This document shows positions 9,072 to 16,641 of a stretch of 64,000 nucleotides of DNA, piece by piece (position 1 is the first letter of the stretch; every line of letters starts with the position of its first letter). Location of the stretch: positions 1 through 64,000 of IMG/VR virus record IMGVR_UViG_3300008259_000017, one strand, 5' to 3'. This DNA is from a virus. Position numbers and translations under genes: made by a program. Below the pieces are notes generated by a model. The model ran no database searches and was not told where the DNA came from. It saw nothing but the letters and a program-made list of their open reading frames with translations.

Positions 9072-10142
9072 TTATATTGATTTTATTAAATCTTTATACA
9101 TCTTCTGAACAGCTGGATTTTTAATTGAAAATTTCCAAAGGACTTCTTTTGCAGCATGTAATGATTTTTGAGACATATGATCATTTGTTTCAATTGCTTG
9201 TTTTAATTTTTCTTTTCCAATGTTGACATTAAACTTTGGATAAAAATAACCAGCTTCTTTGCAAAACTCACTATTATGAACAATTGGATAATTTAAATAT
9301 AAAGATTCCAAAGTTACATAATTTAGATCATTATAAAAATGGTTAGAAACTATTACTCCAAATTTCTTTTGATCAAGTAATTTTATTAAAGAATATCTTA
9401 ATTCTGGTTTTAATTTTTTTGCTTTAAATAAATCTGTATTTTCAATCATTTTTTTAAAATTCAAATCTGTTTCTAAATGTTTTGATCCATATAAATACAT
9501 TGTCTCTATTAAAGAGTTATCCTCTCTTTCTAAAGCTTCTGCTATGTAAAGAGGGGTAATATAATTCTTTGAAATACTTATGTTTGGCTCAAGGCAAGCC
9601 ACATTCTTTTTGTTTGTTATATTGGAAAATTTTTCATTTATTTTATATTCTGGTTTTATACTTCCATCAATAAACCAAGGCTCCCAAATATAAGGAAGTA
9701 TTTTTACTTTTGCCTTGCTTGTAGCCTCGACAAATGATTTATAAAATTCATAATGTGGAGATATCCATGTTTCAACACCTTCTCTATGTATTCCAACTCC
9801 AGAGTCTGGATTGTGTAGCATTCCCTCTATTAAATAGAATAAAGAATTTCCATAATTTATAGATACAACTTTTATATTTTTTTCTATACATATATTTACT
9901 ATGCTTGTTTCTATCATGTATGCTGCTTCAAGGATTAAGAAATATTTATCTACAGAATCAGCAGTTAGTTTTTCTTGCTTCATATCCATAAAATATGTAT
10001 TATCTTCTTCTGCTCTTGTTAATGCAACAACATCATAGCCCATATTTTTTAATAGTTTAATTAAAAAATAACAATTTTGATTTAATCCATTTGACCATAT
10101 TTTGCTAGAGTCATTTGTTGTTATTCCAATTTTTTTTATCAT
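9072..10142 (-). CDS. DUF2827-like protein (putative GT-B glycosyltransferase)
   Basis: KIGIT...IWSNGLNQNCYFL, WISPH, PYIWEP, LEPNISISK, NDLNYVTLESLYLNYPIVHNS..AGYFY motifs recalled as DUF2827. Confidence 0.8.
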   Translation of the reverse strand: MIKKIGITTNDSSKIWSNGLNQNCYFLIKLLKNMGYDVVALTRAEEDNTYFMDMKQEKLTADSVDKYFLILEAAYMIETSIVNICIEKNIKVVSINYGNSLFYLIEGMLHNPDSGVGIHREGVETWISPHYEFYKSFVEATSKAKVKILPYIWEPWFIDGSIKPEYKINEKFSNITNKKNVACLEPNISISKNYITPLYIAEALEREDNSLIETMYLYGSKHLETDLNFKKMIENTDLFKAKKLKPELRYSLIKLLDQKKFGVIVSNHFYNDLNYVTLESLYLNYPIVHNSEFCKEAGYFYPKFNVNIGKEKLKQAIETNDHMSQKSLHAAKEVLWKFSIKNPAVQKMYKDLIKSI

Positions 10143-11206
10143 TTTATTAATTCCTTAATTAAATTTTCAATTCTTTCTTGATTACTTTTATTGTCAGTAG
10201 AATGGCTCTCAATTTTATTTAAATATTTATTTTTATGATCATTGTAATCAAAATTTAATATAGCTTTTTTTAATTGTTTTGCACCTTCAATTGCGTCAAA
10301 GTCATTATAAAAATAACCAACATCTTTAAAAGACATGCTATTATGAACTAATGGTCTTTTGTAGAATAACAACTCTAAATAATAATAATTATTTTCATTA
10401 CATACTTGATGAGCAATAAAAGTGTTTAAAACATCATTTGAAAGAATAACATGTAAAGGTATTCTTTTGTGTGCAAATACTTTTTTATTTTTCACTATAT
10501 CAAGCTTATCATAAAAACTTTTAAACATTTTATTCTCTAGTTTTTTATCTATAGATCCAATGTAAACTCTTTCTACAAGCTCTGGATTGGTATAGTTTAA
10601 GCCTTCCGCTATTCCAATTGGAACAATTGAAGTCTTGTAAAAGTTATAATTAGAATCAATTGTTCCAATTTTCTTTAACTGCTCTTTTGATTTTAAGTCA
10701 CAATTTTTATAAAAATCTTTATCATTTTTTATTAGAAAATCTGGATCCCATAAAAAAGGAATTGTATCTACATCAGTTCTGGTCATCGTAGATATTAAGC
10801 TTGAAAATTCCTCATGAGCTTCTTGTATCCAAATATTACAAGAATTTGAAAAATTTGATTTTGATAAAGAAGTATTTAATTCTTTATTATTTACAGCCTC
10901 AAATTGATTCATCATCATATTGTGATGAATATTTAAAACTATTTTTTTTCCTTTTGATGATATCTGATTGAAAATTTCATCTTGATTTATCTTGCTGCAG
11001 TTTATAAAAAAATCATAATTTTTTATTTTTGAAAAGTTTAAGTTTTTGGTCTCTTCTTCAAAAAATTCAATTTTTCTATAAAAAGAGACTATATCAACAT
11101 CATGCTTTAATTTTTTCAATATTTTGTTTAAAAAGTAAGCATTTTGATCTGCGCCATCAACCCATGGCTGAGTTATGTTATCGCATATTATTCCTATTTT
11201 TGACAT
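10139..11206 (-). CDS. Second, more divergent DUF2827-like protein
   Basis: KIGII...WVDGADQNAYFL, PFLWDP, NNYYYLELLFYKRPLVHNS..VGYFY; colinear paralog of the adjacent gene; ATGA overlap; GAGG RBS. Confidence 0.75.
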   Translation of the reverse strand: MSKIGIICDNITQPWVDGADQNAYFLNKILKKLKHDVDIVSFYRKIEFFEEETKNLNFSKIKNYDFFINCSKINQDEIFNQISSKGKKIVLNIHHNMMMNQFEAVNNKELNTSLSKSNFSNSCNIWIQEAHEEFSSLISTMTRTDVDTIPFLWDPDFLIKNDKDFYKNCDLKSKEQLKKIGTIDSNYNFYKTSIVPIGIAEGLNYTNPELVERVYIGSIDKKLENKMFKSFYDKLDIVKNKKVFAHKRIPLHVILSNDVLNTFIAHQVCNENNYYYLELLFYKRPLVHNSMSFKDVGYFYNDFDAIEGAKQLKKAILNFDYNDHKNKYLNKIESHSTDNKSNQERIENLIKELIK

Positions 11207-11227
11207 TTTAAAACCTCATATTAATAT

Positions 11228-11235
11228 TATTAGTA
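11228..11235 (-). promoter_or_regulatory. Putative late promoter motif TACTAATA driving the DUF2827 pair
   Basis: + strand TATTAGTA reads TACTAATA on the - strand, ~22 nt upstream of the 11206 start; identical to the motif before the sheath gene. Confidence 0.55.
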
Positions 11236-11268
11236 ATATTAATTACTATAATATAGGAAATTAATAAA

Positions 11269-11535
11269 GTGGCAACAATTAATATTACTACAGGACAAGT
11301 TACCCAAGAATATATTAAAGAAGATCTTTCTAATTCTTTGGTCTCTGGAGTTCAAACATATAATACAGCTTATAAATTTAAACAATCCACACTAGAAGTT
11401 CATTATAATGGACTCTTATTAAGAGAATTGCATGAATATGTGGAAAATTCAAATAGAACTTCATTTACTTTTTTGCCCGAAATAAACTTTGTGTTAAATG
11501 ATAACAGTTTAATTATCAAATATGTAAGAGGATAG
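11269..11535 (+). CDS. Small beta-domain virion protein
   Basis: GTG start; LEVHYNGLLL...EY.E...FTF...LIIKY resembles the C-terminal domain of the 897-aa fibre. Confidence 0.6.
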   Translation: MATINITTGQVTQEYIKEDLSNSLVSGVQTYNTAYKFKQSTLEVHYNGLLLRELHEYVENSNRTSFTFLPEINFVLNDNSLIIKYVRG

Positions 11536-11544
11536 GAGGATTTA

Positions 11545-11880
11545 ATGGCACTAGGAAGTTATTTTTTGGGAGCAAAAGTTAGAATTCCAATAAATGTCAC
11601 CGTTGATGGAACTCCTTTGCTTGGGGTTATTCCAGTTATAGAAAGAATTATACTGCCAAACGGAGCAATAGAAACTGGATTTCCAAAAACTATGATAGCA
11701 ACTCATCAAAATTCTTCTATATATTATTTGGATTATACACCAAAAACAATAGGAGACTATATTGTAATATCTAAAATTACATATATGGGAAAAGATTATA
11801 ATACAATTGAAAATTTTACTGTAAACGATAGTGTACTAAAAGTTGTATCTAAAACACCACCAAGATCAGTAGCGAGTTAA
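11545..11880 (+). CDS. Ig-like small virion protein
   Basis: AGGAGG RBS; IYYLDYTPKTIGDYIV is an Ig-like E/F-strand pattern. Confidence 0.6.
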   Translation: MALGSYFLGAKVRIPINVTVDGTPLLGVIPVIERIILPNGAIETGFPKTMIATHQNSSIYYLDYTPKTIGDYIVISKITYMGKDYNTIENFTVNDSVLKVVSKTPPRSVAS

Positions 11881-11885
11881 TAACA

Positions 11886-12797
11886 ATGGCAAATGCACGA
11901 GGAAGAGCAGTAATAGGTCAAGTTGTTGATTTGACTGTAACATTTTATGGATTTGATGGAGCTCCAACAAATACCGATAATTTTCCAACTATACAGATTG
12001 CAGACCAGAATGGCGCAATATTAGTTACAACGACTTCTGCAGGAATTACAAATACGTCAGATGGCGTATATAAGTATTCTTACATGGTTCCATCACAATC
12101 ATCAATTGGCATGTGGAAAGACACATGGGATGCATCAATTGACGGATCTAGAGTTTTAAATGAATTTACATTTTTAGTTGTAAATGAAGCAAGCTCAGTT
12201 CCCATTGGAGAAGTAAAGCTAGGAGATGAGGTGCTATTCGATTTTAGCCAGCAAGAATTGGAAGGTATCAATGTGCTGCTAAAGTATTTAAAAGCTAGAC
12301 TTCGCTCTGACGGCAAAAAACCAAAGAGAGATAAGTTTGGAGCATTTGTTTATGATTCATATGGCGAACTTGTTACCGAGGATTGCAACGTATTCACCGA
12401 TGAAATTTTAGTATGCTTTTTGTGCCAATCCTTATCCGAATTCAATTCTACCCCGTTCTTTACATCCTATCTTTTTTCCGACCAGATAATTTATAAAACC
12501 TTTGCCAATATAATCGTAGAGGGAGCTTACGTTGTGGCATTAGCATCACAAGCATTGGTAGAAAAGGGTAGGGACTTTACCATAAGTGACGGCGGTATCT
12601 CCTACCAGCCACCAGCCCTTGGAGATTTTTTGCAAAGCCACTATCAAAATTGGTTGACAACCTACCGCGATAGGCTTAAGTTTATTAAGGCTTCCATTCG
12701 CCCTGGTCCTGTATCGTTCGGAACCTACACAAACCTTGGAAGTAACAATCCTGCCTTCACGAGGCTGAGGCACATGCGTTCAAGAAGAATTATATAA
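11886..12797 (+). CDS. Putative head-tail adaptor with N-terminal Ig-like domain
   Basis: N-terminal GVYKYSY.VP...GMWKDTW Ig pattern; C-terminal helical domain with FTDEIL...QSLSEFN..P and DFTISDGGISY, typical of adaptor proteins; position between head and tail genes. Confidence 0.65.
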   Translation: MANARGRAVIGQVVDLTVTFYGFDGAPTNTDNFPTIQIADQNGAILVTTTSAGITNTSDGVYKYSYMVPSQSSIGMWKDTWDASIDGSRVLNEFTFLVVNEASSVPIGEVKLGDEVLFDFSQQELEGINVLLKYLKARLRSDGKKPKRDKFGAFVYDSYGELVTEDCNVFTDEILVCFLCQSLSEFNSTPFFTSYLFSDQIIYKTFANIIVEGAYVVALASQALVEKGRDFTISDGGISYQPPALGDFLQSHYQNWLTTYRDRLKFIKASIRPGPVSFGTYTNLGSNNPAFTRLRHMRSRRII

Positions 12798-12873
12798 GTT
12801 CTTGATGGAATAGTATAGTATAAGATTGAGGAGTTTTGTACTGTGCTAAGTAGAATAAAAATGGAAGGTTTAA

Positions 12874-13383
12874 ATGTTTTTAAAGGTAGCCAAGAAAAGC
12901 AAAATTGAAGAGAAGCAAAAGTTATTTGCAGAAATAAGAAAGCATATGAAGAATTCTGATATTGCAAAAGAATGTCTAAAGGAAAAAAAGATAGGATCAT
13001 GGATATTTGATGCATTTCCGCTTGACTTTGATGACATTGATGTAACTGCAAAAACAGTAAATGGAACAATATATTTGAATCCTAAAGTTTTAAAAATGGA
13101 TTTTAAAATAGTAATGAGATATGTAATTCATGAGTTTGTTCATGTGTTACAGCATATTAATGAGGAAAAAAAAGGCGATAAGAAAAGCGATAAAAATCAA
13201 GACTATTTAGATAGAGAGGACGAAATTGAAGCTTTTCAGAAGCAAATAAAATTTGATGCAAAAGTAAGAGGGCCGGAGGCTGCAGAAAAATATGTTGATG
13301 AGCTTCTTGAGTTTCATGAGATTGACAATAAAAAAGAAAAGAAAAAGAAAAAAACCTTGTTATTAGGAGAAGTTGTTGATTAA
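12874..13383 (+). CDS. HExxH zincin-like metallopeptidase
   Basis: IYLNP...YVIHEFVHVLQH...YLDREDEIEAF (HExxH plus downstream ExEA). Confidence 0.7.
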   Translation: MFLKVAKKSKIEEKQKLFAEIRKHMKNSDIAKECLKEKKIGSWIFDAFPLDFDDIDVTAKTVNGTIYLNPKVLKMDFKIVMRYVIHEFVHVLQHINEEKKGDKKSDKNQDYLDREDEIEAFQKQIKFDAKVRGPEAAEKYVDELLEFHEIDNKKEKKKKKTLLLGEVVD

Positions 13384-13391
13384 CTGTACGC

Positions 13392-13399
13392 TACTAATT
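13392..13399 (+). promoter_or_regulatory. Putative late promoter motif TACTAATT
   Basis: In a 39-bp intergenic gap, ~24 nt before the ATG at 13423. Confidence 0.5.
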
Positions 13400-13422
13400 G
13401 TTGGCATTAAGTAGGAGATATA

Positions 13423-15444
13423 ATGATAGTTATAGCGGGACAGTCACCAGCACCATCAGAAGCAATGGTAGCTCCAACAGAAGTTGTTTCTTTTCAGCTT
13501 ATTGAAAAGCAATCTGTTACAATAGATTTGGCAAAAACTGTTGTTTATATAAATGAAGACTTAGCGTTTAAAGAATCAGAGTTTTTACCACAATTTGATG
13601 GAATAGAGTCATCTGTAGATAGGGTAGATCAAACAATTTTATTTGTTTTTGATCCTATTAGTCAGTTTAGACTTGGAGCTACAGTTGGAGTTAGAATCCA
13701 AACTAAAGACTTGGATGGAAAAAGTTATAATTTTTCATATGTATTTAAAACAATTCCGGCAACTCCAGTTCTTGTAGAGTCAAATCCGCAAGAGCTGCAG
13801 GAGCTTACAAATCATGAAATTATATATCTTCACTTTGAAGATGTAATAGATGATGTAAATCCTGCTTCAGTAAATATATATTTAAATGATATTAAAATAG
13901 TCTCAGACGGATCATTTGATCTAAATATAGCAACATCAAAGTCGATAATAAATAAGATTACAGACGGAGTAGTTGTAAGAATTGATACAAAAGATCCATT
14001 AAAAGATGGTAAATATAAGCTAAAATATTTTGCAGAAGATTTTTCTGGAAATAAATTATTTGGTGAATTAAAGTTTTCAATAAAGTTATTAGAGCCAGTT
14101 TTGCCAGATATATTTCCTCAAATTTTTTATGAAGGTGGTGTAAGAGGTTTGGATAGAGTTGCAAATCTTGGCATAGGCGACTCAGTGCAAGTTCAATGGC
14201 ATAGGCCTCTTCCTAGATCTTATAATGGTGAGGTATTTTTTGCAATATATCAAACAGAATCAAGATTGTCTATTTTTGATGAAAACCCAAAATATATTGG
14301 ATTACCATCTTTAAGCAGCGCAATAGTTTCTGGACTCATAACAAATAGGACCTATAACTTCGCTGGAAGGGCATTTGAGGTGTATGCTGGAACGCTTGAC
14401 CTATCTGGTATGGATATGATGTCGGACCAGCTATATATCGTTCCAGAGCCTTGCAGGATGACTTCAAATGCAACAACAACAGATCTTATATTAAATGTAG
14501 ATTCAACTGCCGGCTATCCAGCATCTGGAATACTTATTATAAATAAAACAGAAGTTGTTAGATACGAAACAAAAACTGATACAACATTTGTATTGGCAAG
14601 CAATGGAAGAGGCTTGAGCGGAAGCCCTCCATCAATGTTTATACCTGGTGATAAAGTTGAAATGTTCTTTGCCTGTCAGGATAAAAACTCAAACTTAATT
14701 ACATCAACTCCAACTGGAAGCGACGGCTATGCAATAGGCAGAGCTATTAATGAAATTGGAATATTAACACCAGATTATTCAGATGAAGAGAAAAAATTCT
14801 TCCAAGGGTTTGACTTTTGCGGATATCATAGAGCAATGCCTCAGAAAACATTGCAAGGTGTTGATGACTGCCCTTCTTATTTGGGAGGGGAATTTAATGG
14901 CTTTAGGGGATTCAATCTTTATGATAGAATGTTAAATAGGGAAGAAGTATTGCTTGATCAAACTGGAGAGCCAACAATTCTATTAAGAAGAATTTGGAAT
15001 GGAACAACATGTTCTTGTGCTGACGCAAGAAGGCAGCATCCAAAGGTTAAATCATGTCAGGATTGCTATGGGACAACCTTTGAGGGAGGATACGATCAAT
15101 ATCAATATAAGAGAAGACTTGATGGAAGAGTTATGGTAAAGTTTGGCGATACAACCGAAGACCTAAAGCTTGGCGCACAATCGCATATGCAAGTAGAATA
15201 TGAGCCATCATGTTGGACTCTTCCTAATCCAGCAGTAAGAGATAGAGACTTAATATTAAGATTTGACTATACTAATGATATTGAATATATTTATGAAGTG
15301 CTAGATGTTACTAAAGAAAAATTAGTATTTAGGCATTTTACAAGACAAAGACTAAAATTAAAAAGACTGGATAAAACAGACATTGTTTATACATATCCTG
15401 TAAATTATGATCTAGTAAGGAGGTTCGGTGAGTTTTTGGGTTAA
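13423..15444 (+). CDS. Putative head-closure/neck protein with N-terminal Ig/FN3-like domains and a Zn-binding loop
   Basis: Two Ig-like repeats (P.LVESNP...IYLHFED...VNPASVNIYLN); C-terminal TGEPTILLRR...CSC...CQDCYGTTFEGGY...RDRDLI...YEV, characteristic of myophage closure proteins. Confidence 0.65.
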   Translation: MIVIAGQSPAPSEAMVAPTEVVSFQLIEKQSVTIDLAKTVVYINEDLAFKESEFLPQFDGIESSVDRVDQTILFVFDPISQFRLGATVGVRIQTKDLDGKSYNFSYVFKTIPATPVLVESNPQELQELTNHEIIYLHFEDVIDDVNPASVNIYLNDIKIVSDGSFDLNIATSKSIINKITDGVVVRIDTKDPLKDGKYKLKYFAEDFSGNKLFGELKFSIKLLEPVLPDIFPQIFYEGGVRGLDRVANLGIGDSVQVQWHRPLPRSYNGEVFFAIYQTESRLSIFDENPKYIGLPSLSSAIVSGLITNRTYNFAGRAFEVYAGTLDLSGMDMMSDQLYIVPEPCRMTSNATTTDLILNVDSTAGYPASGILIINKTEVVRYETKTDTTFVLASNGRGLSGSPPSMFIPGDKVEMFFACQDKNSNLITSTPTGSDGYAIGRAINEIGILTPDYSDEEKKFFQGFDFCGYHRAMPQKTLQGVDDCPSYLGGEFNGFRGFNLYDRMLNREEVLLDQTGEPTILLRRIWNGTTCSCADARRQHPKVKSCQDCYGTTFEGGYDQYQYKRRLDGRVMVKFGDTTEDLKLGAQSHMQVEYEPSCWTLPNPAVRDRDLILRFDYTNDIEYIYEVLDVTKEKLVFRHFTRQRLKLKRLDKTDIVYTYPVNYDLVRRFGEFLG

Positions 15445-15712
15445 AAATACAAATAAAAAAGAAGATGCAATGTTAACCTTTGCAACAATTTCTTTTGCAG
15501 TTACAACAATTTGCTTTATTCTATCAATTATAAGTGTAATATCTCTTGGAGATTTTAAACTTGAATTAAAATCAGTTGACTCGGGACTAATGTCAGTTTA
15601 TCTTGGAGCGACCTTTTCAGCATATGTAGCTAGAAGATGGACAGATAAAAGATACCAACCTTCTATAGACGCAGAGGATAAAACCGAAGAGGTAGAAGTT
15701 GCGCCTAAATAA
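15428..15712 (+). CDS. Holin-like membrane protein (2 TM helices)
   Basis: GTG start with AAGGAGG RBS; two hydrophobic segments followed by RRW and a charged tail. Confidence 0.5.
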   Translation: MSFWVKNTNKKEDAMLTFATISFAVTTICFILSIISVISLGDFKLELKSVDSGLMSVYLGATFSAYVARRWTDKRYQPSIDAEDKTEEVEVAPK

Positions 15713-16028
15713 GTTTTATGTAAAAAAATGGATTAAAAAAAATAAATCACTTATTACATTATTGTTTTTTATAGCTCTAATACCAATGGTCGCTATTATA
15801 GCATTTGGTAATAAAGATAATGTTTTATTTAAAAAAATAGTGAAACTTATAGACGAAGAAGAAAAAAAGTTTATTAATTTATCAAAAGAAGAGACTGAGG
15901 AAACAAAATCTGAGATTAAAGATTTAGAATCAGAAGTAGAAAAAACAAAAGAAAAAATTAAAGAAATAGAGAATACAAAAAGTAAAAAAGAGGATCTAGA
16001 TTCATTTTTTGATGAGAGGCTGAAATGA
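15699..16028 (+). CDS. i-spanin-like protein (N-terminal TM plus coiled coil)
   Basis: Basic N-terminus, LITLLFFIALIPMVAIIAFG helix, Glu/Lys coiled coil; overlaps the holin-like gene. Confidence 0.45.
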   Translation: MRLNKFYVKKWIKKNKSLITLLFFIALIPMVAIIAFGNKDNVLFKKIVKLIDEEEKKFINLSKEETEETKSEIKDLESEVEKTKEKIKEIENTKSKKEDLDSFFDERLK

Positions 16029-16228
16029 TTGATATTTTGAAAAAATTTGCACAAGAGTTAAAACCAGAAAATCAAGCAGTATTCAATAAGAGTATTGATG
16101 AATTTAATAAAGGTCTTGAAAACAAAAAATATATGGTTATAGATATAAAAAAAATGGAATCTATGTTTGACCAGGAAAAGGTAGAAGAAGTTGAGCCTTT
16201 AGAGCCTTTTGTTATGGATCTAAAATGA
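16025..16228 (+). CDS. Hypothetical protein
   Basis: ATGA-coupled at both ends; GAGG RBS. Confidence 0.65.
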   Translation: MIDILKKFAQELKPENQAVFNKSIDEFNKGLENKKYMVIDIKKMESMFDQEKVEEVEPLEPFVMDLK

Positions 16229-16629
16229 TAAAAGCACTATTCTTAGGCGCAATATTTGCAGGTGATATTATGCCTGCAAAAACTGTTTTACAATCAGAGT
16301 CTTATGTTCTTTCCATAGAAGAGGCGGAAAAGCTTAAAGCAAAAATTGAAGATTTAGAAAAAAAAGAAAAACTTTTATCCGAATATATCAATCTTGAAAA
16401 TTTAAGAGAAAAGCAAGTATCTGGCTATAAACAGGTTGTAGAATTCCAAGATTTGCAAATTGAAAAGTATAATATAGTAATAAGCTCTAAAGATAAGCAA
16501 ATAAAAACATTGCTTAAAAGAAGCGATAATAGTTTTTTAAAAAATGCAATATTATTTAGTTCTGGAGCTTTATTAACTGCAGGATCAATTTATGCAGCAG
16601 ATAAATTGGACGATTCTATTGAAAAATAA
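16225..16629 (+). CDS. Membrane-associated coiled-coil protein (possible second spanin component)
   Basis: Short hydrophobic N-terminus, central coiled coil, C-terminal Gly/Ala hydrophobic helix AILFSSGALLTAGSIYA; no lipobox Cys. Confidence 0.4.
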   Translation: MIKALFLGAIFAGDIMPAKTVLQSESYVLSIEEAEKLKAKIEDLEKKEKLLSEYINLENLREKQVSGYKQVVEFQDLQIEKYNIVISSKDKQIKTLLKRSDNSFLKNAILFSSGALLTAGSIYAADKLDDSIEK

Positions 16630-16641
16630 ATAGAGGAAATA

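Noticed and set aside
12080-13069. Minus-strand ORFs of 75-114 aa over the adaptor and peptidase genes
   Set aside because: No recognisable motifs or RBS; overlap well-supported plus-strand genes
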